From contig JBDRAV010000014.1 of assembly GCA_043823435.1 (NCBI GenBank), positions 10,765 through 74,764 of the forward strand: a DNA stretch of 64,000 bases, written 5' to 3'. This stretch comes from Candidatus Omnitrophota bacterium. Lineage in GTDB: Bacteria; Omnitrophota; Gorgyraeia; Gygaellales; Profunditerraquicolaceae. Positions 53,452 to 62,410 of the stretch are shown here, one piece after another. Below the pieces are notes generated by a model that had not been told where the DNA came from, made no database searches, and saw nothing but the letters and a program-made list of their open reading frames with translations. Each line of letters opens with the position of its first letter. Position 1 is the first letter of the stretch. Position numbers and translations under genes: made by a program.

Positions 53452-55505
53452 TTTCTCCTGTCCTGTTTAGCTAAATTATTCTCTTCTATCGCCGCATGCA
53501 GATACCCGAGCAGATCCTTCCCGCGAGAATCCCTGTACCGCGCGATATCCATCAAATTATGCTGTTCATACTGGTCGCGCTCGAGGTCGTAAAGCTCGTA
53601 GGAGTTATTGCGCATATTGTAGATGACCTTCCATCCTCCCTCTATTGCAGCAAATCTCTGGAATGAACCTATAGGCCCGCTTATAACGCGGTTATCCCAT
53701 CCTTCTTTTTTGCCATCAAGTAGGCCAGCGAAGCTCTTGCCCAGGTAATAACCGGGCTTCTCTATCCCCGAAAGGTCAAGAAGGGTTGCATTTAAATCTA
53801 TGAGTTGCACGTTTCGTGCGATATGCAACCCCCTTTTTCTCCCCGGTATAAGAATGATCAGGGGGACATGTATCTGTTCGTTGTATGCGGTACTATTGTG
53901 ATATTCTCCTCCATGTTCTCCGAACTCCTCCCCATGGTCAGCCATAATCACGAAGATCGTCTTATCGGCGAGGCCGCGCTTGCTTAATCCCTCGTAGAAG
54001 TCGCTTATCAGCCTGTCCGTGTAAAGTATCTCATTATCGTACCTGTCCAGGTTAGAATTACCAAAATCGTCTATGTCTGGATGCCGCGAATACGGATGAT
54101 GCGGATACGGAAGGTGCATCCAGAGAAAAAACTTCTTCTCCTTCGCCCTATCAATCTTCTCCAACGCCGCAGGTATAAAAGGGTCTTTCCGATTCCATCC
54201 TGCGGGAGGGGTATCCGGTGAGTAAAATTCATCGTAGCCCCTTACAAAGATATCCCCCAGTTTGTAGAAGATAACGGAGACGGTATAATAACCTTTCTCT
54301 TTGAACAGCTCGGCGATCGTCTTGCCGTGATACCTCCATTTCTTCCCGGCAAAAGGCTGATATTGCGAAAGCATAAAAGAAGGCAAGGATGTGCGCGTAT
54401 GGCAGGCCTGCGCATAAGCGTGGTCAAAGATAAAAGCGTCCTTTGCCAGCTCATCGATAAAGGGAGTCGTCTTGCGGGCATACCCGTAAGAACCCATATG
54501 GTCAGGCCGCATAGCGTCAACTATGATCAGGGCGACATTATAATTACCGAACCCCGCCGGCTTAACCGAACGCGTTCCTGCGATTGCCGATAAGGTATGA
54601 TCACCGCTCTTATAATCCCCGCAAAATCCGTTTTCATCAATGCCGTTATCGGGGATCTCCTGGGCTTCTGGGCTCACTCTTTTATTAAAGCCGTCCATGT
54701 CTGCGCCGCCGAACAGAACAGTGTATTTATCCCCGTCAAAATCAAAGGCCCGTTTTAAGGTATAAAGCATAAAGCGCTCTATTGATGTCTGATCAAAGCT
54801 CAGGCGTTTTACGTTCTGGCTAAGGTTGAATCCGAATACCGAAAAGAGCGCCGCGCATACCAGAATGACTGCTGCGACCCTTACGGAAGTACCGGCCATA
54901 AAACCCGTAGTGGAGACCCGACTCCGGATAATATATGCCAGGATTAGCTGGGCAAGGAAGAATATCATAAAGGCCATTATCAGATGGAGGAAGAAATTCT
55001 GGTTAAAGAAGAGGCACGAATTTATCCAAGATAAGACGAGCAGTGCCACCGCGTAAATGAATATCTTCGGTTTTCTTCTGGTTACACGCTCTCTTTTATT
55101 TATCGCGCGTAAATCGCGCAGGATGACCCTGATCATGGGATATGCGGATAAAGTGGCGATGGTCAATATGACGATAACCCTGGGTTTATGAAAGAATGTT
55201 CCGTATTCCAGGCCCGCATACAAGAAGACCACCCATCCCAGGGTAAGAATGGATTCCGCCAGGATAGCCGTCTTATCTTCTGTGAAAGAAACAAATAGGC
55301 TCTCCACGATACCTATGCCCGATGAAAAGATAACGGCTACCCCCGAAGAAAGGATGAGAAAGAGGCCCATCTCTGCTGCCGAATTAAAGAAACGGCCTTT
55401 GAACAAAAATAGGCCAAGCGCGTCGGCTAAAACAAGTGCCAGACCGGCGATAAGGCTGAGGATAATAGAATAGCGTATATTCTCCTTTAATCTTTTAATT
55501 TGCAT
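53448..55505 (-). CDS. polytopic membrane protein with extracytoplasmic sulfatase-fold domain (LtaS/EptA-like phosphotransferase architecture)
   Basis: About 7 N-terminal TM helices, then VALIIVDAMRPDHMGSYGY, ACHTRTSLPSF (Thr at the nucleophile position) and FVIMADHGEEFGEHG. Confidence 0.75.
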   Translation of the reverse strand: MQIKRLKENIRYSIILSLIAGLALVLADALGLFLFKGRFFNSAAEMGLFLILSSGVAVIFSSGIGIVESLFVSFTEDKTAILAESILTLGWVVFLYAGLEYGTFFHKPRVIVILTIATLSAYPMIRVILRDLRAINKRERVTRRKPKIFIYAVALLVLSWINSCLFFNQNFFLHLIMAFMIFFLAQLILAYIIRSRVSTTGFMAGTSVRVAAVILVCAALFSVFGFNLSQNVKRLSFDQTSIERFMLYTLKRAFDFDGDKYTVLFGGADMDGFNKRVSPEAQEIPDNGIDENGFCGDYKSGDHTLSAIAGTRSVKPAGFGNYNVALIIVDAMRPDHMGSYGYARKTTPFIDELAKDAFIFDHAYAQACHTRTSLPSFMLSQYQPFAGKKWRYHGKTIAELFKEKGYYTVSVIFYKLGDIFVRGYDEFYSPDTPPAGWNRKDPFIPAALEKIDRAKEKKFFLWMHLPYPHHPYSRHPDIDDFGNSNLDRYDNEILYTDRLISDFYEGLSKRGLADKTIFVIMADHGEEFGEHGGEYHNSTAYNEQIHVPLIILIPGRKRGLHIARNVQLIDLNATLLDLSGIEKPGYYLGKSFAGLLDGKKEGWDNRVISGPIGSFQRFAAIEGGWKVIYNMRNNSYELYDLERDQYEQHNLMDIARYRDSRGKDLLGYLHAAIEENNLAKQDRRK

Positions 55506-56619
55506 GGCCCCCTTCTTCTAACGTGTGGATGAATATTCTTGCCCACTTCTGCAGGGAATACTCATTTTCAATGGTATCCCTGGCGTTCTTACCCATCTTA
55601 TCGCGTAGATCCCTATCCCCGGCCAGGCGCGCTATCTTATCTATCCACTCATCCTGCGTGGAGGCCAGAAAGCCGTTCATCCCGTCGCGGATTATATCCG
55701 CGTTAATACCCACGGGAGATGAAACCGTGGGTATGCCCAGCGCCATATACTGAAGGAGCTTGCAGCCGCCCTTTCCTCTTGACCAGTCATCGTCGGCGAG
55801 CGGCATCAGGCCAATATCTATATTTGAAAGGTCTTCAATCTCGGACTGATAACTCCAGTCCAAAGAACGCACAGGCACCCCATCCATATTTATCTTTTTC
55901 TCATCCACCCCGATCACCAGAAGCTGAAAATCCAGGGAGAGCCCAAGTAGTTTTCTGAATACTCCTCCCAACTCTTCAAGATATGATATATTCCGTTCCC
56001 TTCCTATCCACCCTAATACGATCTTTTCACCGCGCTCTTTGCGGCTATACCCGTACCTATGCGTATCTATCGCCACCGGTATCTTCACGACCACAGGGCA
56101 GAACCCTTTCGCGTAAGAACCGATAACTTCGTTCCCGACCACCACCTTCCGGGAACGCGAAAGCACCCGGTCTATCCTCCCCTTTGTCCCCTTTAACATG
56201 ACCCTGCCGAATATCTTACGCTGCTCTTCGTCAGAAAGGTATATCGCGTCATCAAAATCAAAGATGATATCGGGATTACGGCAGGTCAATAATCCCAGCA
56301 GGAACGCCGGCATCAGTTCTTTTTGAATAAATACCCTGTCGTACCTTCCGGCGCCGAGGATCTGAAAGAAACGGCGCAGATACCCCCAGCATAGATAGGC
56401 CCTGTTGAATAGGCGACTTAAATAGGACCCGCATCTCTTAAGCACGGCCGAAATGCGTTCAAAATCATCCGTATATAAAGGACAAATCGCGTAATCTATC
56501 CCTTCCTCTTTAAGAAAAGGCAGATATTGATAGACTCTGTAGCGGCTGCTTGCCCCGCCAAAACCGTAGAGGGTAAAAAATAGAACCCTGAGCCTTTTTC
56601 TATTCTCCGGTTTATCCAT
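55495..56619 (-). CDS. glycosyltransferase, GT-B fold
   Basis: LRVLFFTLYGFGGASSRYRVYQYLPFLKEEGIDY and KLLQYMALGIPTVSSPVGIN..GMNGFLAS. Paralogue of 30213..31301. Confidence 0.75.
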   Translation of the reverse strand: MDKPENRKRLRVLFFTLYGFGGASSRYRVYQYLPFLKEEGIDYAICPLYTDDFERISAVLKRCGSYLSRLFNRAYLCWGYLRRFFQILGAGRYDRVFIQKELMPAFLLGLLTCRNPDIIFDFDDAIYLSDEEQRKIFGRVMLKGTKGRIDRVLSRSRKVVVGNEVIGSYAKGFCPVVVKIPVAIDTHRYGYSRKERGEKIVLGWIGRERNISYLEELGGVFRKLLGLSLDFQLLVIGVDEKKINMDGVPVRSLDWSYQSEIEDLSNIDIGLMPLADDDWSRGKGGCKLLQYMALGIPTVSSPVGINADIIRDGMNGFLASTQDEWIDKIARLAGDRDLRDKMGKNARDTIENEYSLQKWARIFIHTLEEGGHAN

Positions 56620-57532
56620 TATTCTTCAGTACGATCCTTATCTGCTCTCCCATAAGCATCCGCTCATCAATAACGGAGAATACGGACCTATACAGGAATT
56701 TCAAGGGCTTCTTAAGGGCCCCTATCTTATCCTTGAAATTAACGCTCCCCTTTACCATACGCCCGCAGATATGCCCGCTCACAGGATTCACATAATTGCT
56801 GAAATGACGGTACGTAGAGAGGCTGGCTACCTTAAAACCGTGATTATCCGCCAAATGCCTCACCGAGACAGGCGAAAAAATATAAAGATGGTAGGGGAAG
56901 GAAAGCTGGTGCCACCTGGCGCCGAATATCCTGGATTCAACACAACGATAGTTCGGAATCTTTATGATCATTATCCCGTCCGGCTTCAACGACTCTTTGG
57001 CCGTCTTTAATATGCGCACGGGATCAGGCAAATGTTCTAAGACCATAAACATCACTATCGCGTCAAAATATCCTTTAGGTAATTTAGCGTCTTCAAGGCG
57101 TGAATTCATCACCTTAAGGCCTAACCGCTTGGAGGCGAATGAAGAAGCGAACTCCGAGACCTCTATACCCGTTACTTCCCATCCCAGGCGTTCGGCAGCC
57201 TTCAAGAAGAAACCCGAGGCGCATCCGACCTCAAGGAGCTTCCCTCCTTTTTTAAAAGGGTGTATCTCATACCTGACGCTTTCTTCGGCAAGGCGTATCC
57301 TTGACTCAACCGCAGCGTCATCCAGGCCTTTCAAATACTGGATATTATGATTGCGGAAATATTCCTCCGAGTAGAATTCCTCTATCGTGCGGCTATCGGG
57401 TACGGGTTCAAGGAAGATAACACCGCAGCCTCCGCATTTATACATCTTATGCGGCTCTTTAAAGCTGAAGGCCACCCTGTCCGTAAGGGCGCTACATATC
57501 CCGCATCTCTTCAACTTATGGTTATCTTTCAT
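56612..57532 (-). CDS. class I SAM-dependent methyltransferase with N-terminal Cys4 zinc ribbon
   Basis: CGICSAL..(17)..CGGCGVIF, LLEVGCASGFF and FDAIVMFMVLEHL. Same architecture as 13300..14265. Confidence 0.75.
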   Translation of the reverse strand: MKDNHKLKRCGICSALTDRVAFSFKEPHKMYKCGGCGVIFLEPVPDSRTIEEFYSEEYFRNHNIQYLKGLDDAAVESRIRLAEESVRYEIHPFKKGGKLLEVGCASGFFLKAAERLGWEVTGIEVSEFASSFASKRLGLKVMNSRLEDAKLPKGYFDAIVMFMVLEHLPDPVRILKTAKESLKPDGIMIIKIPNYRCVESRIFGARWHQLSFPYHLYIFSPVSVRHLADNHGFKVASLSTYRHFSNYVNPVSGHICGRMVKGSVNFKDKIGALKKPLKFLYRSVFSVIDERMLMGEQIRIVLKNNG

Positions 57533-57538
57533 ATCTTT

Positions 57539-58051
57539 CTAATCCTTATTCTTTAATCTCTCTTTTATCACCCTTGCCGGCACTCCTGTGGCTACGGTAT
57601 AAGGGGGTATATCCGTCGTTACCACGCTTCCTGCCCCTATCACCGCGCCTTCGCCAATGACCACGCCGGGAAGGAGCGTGACATTCGCGCCCAGCCAGGC
57701 ATTCTTACCTATGGAAACCGGCGCGGTCTTATGGGCATTATAGGAGGCCCTGCCTACTTTTTCGTAATCATGGTTTACCGTGATTATAGAAACATTGGTC
57801 GCGATCATTGTGGAATCTCCGATAGATACCTTATCGTGCGCCAGGACCGTCAGCCCGGAATTTATGCAGACGTCGCTGCCTATGCTGACATTCTCCGGAT
57901 GAAATACATTAAGAGGGGCGCGGATATATACGTTCTTGCCGAGTTGCATATCTTTTGTAAGATGCCATATTCTCCCTCTCAGCAACGCTTCATAAAAGCC
58001 GTTGCAGAGCGTACCGAAGACGGCTTTAACCGCTTTTTTCAGTCTTTGCAT
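57539..58051 (-). CDS. hexapeptide-repeat (left-handed beta-helix) acetyltransferase
   Basis: IATNVSIITVNHDY..VSIGKNAWLGANVTLLPGVVIGEGAVIGAGSVVTTDIPPYTVATGVPARVI. Confidence 0.8.
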   Translation of the reverse strand: MQRLKKAVKAVFGTLCNGFYEALLRGRIWHLTKDMQLGKNVYIRAPLNVFHPENVSIGSDVCINSGLTVLAHDKVSIGDSTMIATNVSIITVNHDYEKVGRASYNAHKTAPVSIGKNAWLGANVTLLPGVVIGEGAVIGAGSVVTTDIPPYTVATGVPARVIKERLKNKD

Positions 58052-59027
58052 CTTTCCTGCCTTTTTTAGATTTTAACTCCAGATAATCGCTATCCGACCA
58101 GATCAAATTGCAGCTCTTGCATAATGAAGGTAACTCCCCCAACTTCTTCTCAGCCATCAGGCGGCGCATCCTCTGCATAGCCTCCCCATTCCAGATATCC
58201 ATAAGGCTCTGAGAAACTGCATCGCCGACTTGCAGCTCTCCATTGGAATCGATACAACAGGCGAATGCCTTCCCGTCCCATCCTATCGCAAAACGGCTCC
58301 ACAACTGCCTGCAGGGCTGATAAAATTTCCCTTCCGGATACTTGAACCCGGAATCAACCAGATGGCCCCCAAACGAAAGGAACCATATCGCGTTAAACCT
58401 GTCTACCGGCAACCCAGAAAAAAGCCTCTTGAAATCTTCGCTTACGACAGGCTTCTCCTGGCGGCTGTCATAATCCTTTATCACCTGGACCTGCACATAC
58501 GGTGCCTTCCTACTCAGGGTAAGCTTCTCCTTCAGAAAGGAACGTATGCGCTCCAGCACATCATTGTAATCGGCTTTCTGCCTCATCTCCTCGTATTTCT
58601 CTTTGGTCTCACCGTCAAAGCTAAAAGAGATACTGTCCAAGCCGGAAAAGATGATCTCTTTATTCAGCTTTTTGTCAAGGAGCGTGCCGTTCGTGTGCAG
58701 CCTCACGTTAAGCCCGGCTTTCTTGGCGATCTTTATCATCTCTGGTATCCTGGGATGGAGAAACGACTCCCCTCCCATAAAAAGATTGACCCTCCTCAGT
58801 TCAAGGCCCCTTATATCTTTGATTATCTTTTTATATAGCTCCATATCCATATACCCCTTGGGCCTCTTTAAACCCTTTGACTGAGGGCACATCAGGCAGC
58901 GCAAATTACAATTATTCGTCGGCTCTATGAAGAGTTCGCTCGGCGGATATCCCAGAAAGCACACACCCCCCGTCCAGCTCTTTAAATACCTCCGTTGATA
59001 AAGTTTTGATCTTAGGTATCTAAACAT
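58026..59027 (-). CDS. radical SAM / SPASM(Twitch)-domain protein
   Basis: Cluster motif NNCNLRCLMC. Auxiliary-cluster region CRQLWSRFAIGWDGKAFACC ... LCKSC. Confidence 0.8.
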   Translation of the reverse strand: MFRYLRSKLYQRRYLKSWTGGVCFLGYPPSELFIEPTNNCNLRCLMCPQSKGLKRPKGYMDMELYKKIIKDIRGLELRRVNLFMGGESFLHPRIPEMIKIAKKAGLNVRLHTNGTLLDKKLNKEIIFSGLDSISFSFDGETKEKYEEMRQKADYNDVLERIRSFLKEKLTLSRKAPYVQVQVIKDYDSRQEKPVVSEDFKRLFSGLPVDRFNAIWFLSFGGHLVDSGFKYPEGKFYQPCRQLWSRFAIGWDGKAFACCIDSNGELQVGDAVSQSLMDIWNGEAMQRMRRLMAEKKLGELPSLCKSCNLIWSDSDYLELKSKKGRKDAKTEKSG

Positions 59028-59029
59028 CT

Positions 59030-60598
59030 CTAACTTTCCGAAAATACAGGTGCCTGCACTTTTTCTCTTTTGAATTTAGAGAGGATTATATCCTTCACCT
59101 CTCCTACTTCCTCTATCTTCAGATAATACATCGCCACAAGATACAGGCTCACGCATAAAACGCAGCTTACCGATAAAAATGCCAGGTGCGCCAGAACGCC
59201 CCGCAGCAGCGGCCGCAAAGATGAATTGAGGTAATAAAGCAGGAGCCCCGAGGATAAAGCCGTTACGAATATCTTGCAGGGGGCGTAAAAGATCTCTTTT
59301 ATGGAAAGCTTCTTGATCCTAAGATACAGGAAGATATAGTTGATGGAGAACGCTATCATATAATAGACCGCGAAGGCTATGGCGATACCCTGTAACCTTA
59401 GGGTTCTTGAAAGGAATGAGCAATAGAATGAATACGCGATTATCTCGAATATCCCTACAGGTATAAGGACCCTCGTATCCTGGGTAATCACGTATATCTG
59501 GCTCGGCAAGGTAGACAGCGCCATAAAAAATAGCGCTATCAGGTAATATACGAAGACTGAAGCGGTATTTATCGTATCCTGCTGCGTGAATTGGCCCCTT
59601 TCGTACAGGAGGCGTATCACGTCAAATTTCAGGATGATAAGATATATCACCATAGGGCTGACCATGATCATCAAGCTGTTTATCCCTTTGAGGTAAGTCC
59701 TCTTGACGTTCTCCCAGTCGTTCGTGCTGGCAAACTTGGATAATAACGGGAAGAATGCCGTTGAGATACCGTTCGTCGTAAGCGCAAGAAGTATCGGGAT
59801 AATGCGGTAGGCGTAACCGAGGTAAGATATGGTTCCGGTAGATATGCCGGAGGCAAAATTCTTTTCGATCAGGGTCGCGGATTTATAGAAGACCGCGCCT
59901 ATTATCACCGGCACTATCAGCCTCGTCAGCTTCCTTAATTCACTATCCCCTATCCTAATCAGGAAGCGGTACTTCCCTGAGAGGACCGGCAAAAGGAATA
60001 TAGACTGTATGGCCGCCCCCAGCAGGAGCCCGTAAGCTACGCTATATATCCCCAGTGCCTTAGCTGATAAGAATACCGTCATGCAGACCGTAGCGCTGTT
60101 TAAAAGAAGCGCGATCGAAGGCTTAAGGAAACGGTTATCGGCATAATAGAGACTAGTAAAGAGCGTACTTAATCCGTTAAAGAATATGGCGAGGAACAAT
60201 ATCCGGCTCAATCCGACTGCCAGCTCATAAGAAACCGGGGGCAACCCCGGAGCGAGCCATTTTATATATAAACGTATCAAAAAGAGGCTGGTAACGACCA
60301 ATAAGGCGAGGAATACAGAAAGGGTATTTACGAAATTAGACGCGAACTCCCACGCGCGAGCCTCACCGCCCTTGACCTTGGAATCAATGAAGAGAGGTAT
60401 GAATACCCTAGATATGCTGGCGCTCAATATGAGGATAGCGAATGTAGGTATGGTAAATGCGACAAAATAGGAATCCATCTCTATCCCCACCCCGAAACGG
60501 CTGGCGAGTATGATCTGGACCGCCATATTTATAAGGAGTGAAAGGAAGTAAAATACGGTTATGATGAACACGGATTTGACGACTCTCGTCTTTGTCAT
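59030..60598 (-). CDS. MurJ/MviN-family (MOP superfamily) lipid-linked glycan flippase #3
   Basis: 522 aa with about 14 TM helices. The N-terminus INMAVQIILASRFGVGIEMDSYFVAFTIPTF matches the MurJ pattern (..G.....DaF..AF.IPn). Confidence 0.75.
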   Translation of the reverse strand: MTKTRVVKSVFIITVFYFLSLLINMAVQIILASRFGVGIEMDSYFVAFTIPTFAILILSASISRVFIPLFIDSKVKGGEARAWEFASNFVNTLSVFLALLVVTSLFLIRLYIKWLAPGLPPVSYELAVGLSRILFLAIFFNGLSTLFTSLYYADNRFLKPSIALLLNSATVCMTVFLSAKALGIYSVAYGLLLGAAIQSIFLLPVLSGKYRFLIRIGDSELRKLTRLIVPVIIGAVFYKSATLIEKNFASGISTGTISYLGYAYRIIPILLALTTNGISTAFFPLLSKFASTNDWENVKRTYLKGINSLMIMVSPMVIYLIILKFDVIRLLYERGQFTQQDTINTASVFVYYLIALFFMALSTLPSQIYVITQDTRVLIPVGIFEIIAYSFYCSFLSRTLRLQGIAIAFAVYYMIAFSINYIFLYLRIKKLSIKEIFYAPCKIFVTALSSGLLLYYLNSSLRPLLRGVLAHLAFLSVSCVLCVSLYLVAMYYLKIEEVGEVKDIILSKFKREKVQAPVFSES

Positions 60599-61336
60599 CT
60601 ACTTTATCTCCTCTATCACCTTTGCCGGTACCCCCGCGGCTATGGAATAAGCGGGCACATCTTTATTCACTACTGCTCCTGCCGCTACTACGCTATGCTC
60701 TCCTATCTTTACCCCTCCCAGGATAACGCTATTCGCCCCCAGCCAGCAATCCTTACCTATGCTGATCGGTTCCTGTTCATAGGACTGCTCCATTATCAAT
60801 TTACCTGATTCAAATTTGTGGTTGCCGGTTGCAATAGTGACATTGGGCCCGATAAGGGTATTATCCCCTATTTCCACTCTTGCATCTCCTGCGGCGATGA
60901 CGCAATTTATCCCTACCCAACAGCTCTCCCCTATATAAATACCTTCATTCTCTTTGAGGTGGCCTGAGAAGGCGCAAACGTAACTTGCGAACATTATCCG
61001 GGTGTTCCTGCCGATACGTATACCGGCAGGCGATGAATGTATCCGGCAATTCCTGTCGATAAAGACGTTCCTCCCGCACCATAAACGGTTGAAATACTTG
61101 ATATCCACGTTCTGCTCGCTGAAGAAGGCTGCCGAGCCTGCCGGTAGGAGCGGCTTATAGAGGATCGCGCGTATAACCATCCCGGCGGGCGTCGGGATCC
61201 ATCCGGCCAGGGCGGTTACCAGCTGTTCGACGATGAAACGGAGTGCCCCTGAGGCGTTGGAGCGAACATAGAGCCCGATAAGGTTCCCGCGAGAATCATT
61301 CTTCAGGAAATCTTTGGTATTCATCTCTTTATCCAT
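60599..61336 (-). CDS. hexapeptide-repeat (left-handed beta-helix) acetyltransferase
   Basis: IGPNVTIATGNHKF..ISIGKDCWLGANSVILGGVKIGEHSVVAAGAVVNKDVPAYSIAAGVPAKVI. Confidence 0.8.
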   Translation of the reverse strand: MDKEMNTKDFLKNDSRGNLIGLYVRSNASGALRFIVEQLVTALAGWIPTPAGMVIRAILYKPLLPAGSAAFFSEQNVDIKYFNRLWCGRNVFIDRNCRIHSSPAGIRIGRNTRIMFASYVCAFSGHLKENEGIYIGESCWVGINCVIAAGDARVEIGDNTLIGPNVTIATGNHKFESGKLIMEQSYEQEPISIGKDCWLGANSVILGGVKIGEHSVVAAGAVVNKDVPAYSIAAGVPAKVIEEIK

Positions 61337-61339
61337 AGC

Positions 61340-62410
61340 TCACCAGTAATACTTTTTATGTTTCTTATAATATGCTATGGTCTTCCTGACCCCCTCCTCA
61401 AGCTCCGTCTTCGGCTCCCAACCGACGATCTTTTTAATCTTGGATATATCGGAATAAAAATCTCCCGGCTCCTGCGCCTTGCGTTCCGCGGAGAAAGGAG
61501 CGAACTCCCACTTCCCTCCCCCGGCGACACCAATTATGGACTCGACCAGCTCTATGAAATTGGTCGGCTTGTCGATACCCACGTTGAATATCTCTCCGTA
61601 TGCATCAGGCACTGCCGCGGACATAATGATCGCGTCCACGCAGTCTTCCACATAGAGAAAATCCCTGAGTATTTTCCCGTCTCCGAATATCTTTACCGTC
61701 TCCCCTGCCATGACTTGGCGGATGAACCAGTTTGCCACGCCGAAACGGTGGTGTTTCATCTGGGCGCGCGGTCCGTAAATATTCGTAAGGCGCAACATCA
61801 CCGATCTTATGCCGTGGATATCGTTGTAAACCTTAATGATCTGCTCGGCGGCAAGGTTCGATATTTCATAGATACCCTTTGGCTTGGTAGGCGCTTCTTC
61901 GTTCACCGGAAGATGCACGCTCGATCCGTATTGCCCGCGGGTCCCGGTATATAACACTCTTACGCCGGGATTATTCCTTTTGCATGCCTCCATAAGGACC
62001 GCGGCTCCCTTTATATTGATATCTATATCCGGGAACGGATTTGTCAGGCTCATTACGTGGCAAACCTGGCCTGCCAAATGAAAGATATAGTCCTTATCCT
62101 TTACCAAGTAATTCATCGTATTGTGATTACGTATATCCCCGAAATTAACGGTAACCGTATCCTCGACAGGTTTTATATTGAAGAGGTTCCCTCCGTAATC
62201 GGGTATCATCGCATCAAGGAGGGCTACGTTCGCCCCCATGGAAACGAGCCTGAGCGCAAGATTACTGCCTATGAATCCCAGCCCTCCGGTAATAAGTACG
62301 TTCTTATTTTCAAAAGCCTCCCTGCAATTAAGGAGCCTTTCTTTCTCAGCTAAACTACACCCTATTCTTCTTTTCAACCTATCCCCTCTCGATGGTCCTA
62401 ACAACTTCAT
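61340..62410 (-). CDS. NAD-dependent sugar-nucleotide epimerase/dehydratase (extended SDR)
   Basis: VLITGGLGFIGSNL and YEISNLAAE (YxxxA/K region). The start could instead be the TTG at 62377, preceded by GAGAGGGGA. Confidence 0.85.
   Translation of the reverse strand: MKLLGPSRGDRLKRRIGCSLAEKERLLNCREAFENKNVLITGGLGFIGSNLALRLVSMGANVALLDAMIPDYGGNLFNIKPVEDTVTVNFGDIRNHNTMNYLVKDKDYIFHLAGQVCHVMSLTNPFPDIDINIKGAAVLMEACKRNNPGVRVLYTGTRGQYGSSVHLPVNEEAPTKPKGIYEISNLAAEQIIKVYNDIHGIRSVMLRLTNIYGPRAQMKHHRFGVANWFIRQVMAGETVKIFGDGKILRDFLYVEDCVDAIIMSAAVPDAYGEIFNVGIDKPTNFIELVESIIGVAGGGKWEFAPFSAERKAQEPGDFYSDISKIKKIVGWEPKTELEEGVRKTIAYYKKHKKYYW

Noticed and set aside
58026-59027. Radical SAM/SPASM protein as an anaerobic sulfatase-maturating enzyme for the two sulfatase-fold proteins
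   Set aside because: Both sulfatase-fold proteins in the window have Thr, not Cys or Ser, at the nucleophile position and lack the C/S-x-P/A-x-R motif (YTIASL, HTRTSL). There is therefore no formylglycine substrate here.
752-62353. All plus-strand ORFs in the six-frame track (60-202 aa, e.g. 4361-4912, 23339-23797, 58230-58838, 61358-61954)
   Set aside because: Each lies entirely antisense to a longer minus-strand ORF with clear family motifs. Their translations are low-complexity or Ser/Leu/Pro/Arg-rich with no recognisable motifs, so they are shadow ORFs.
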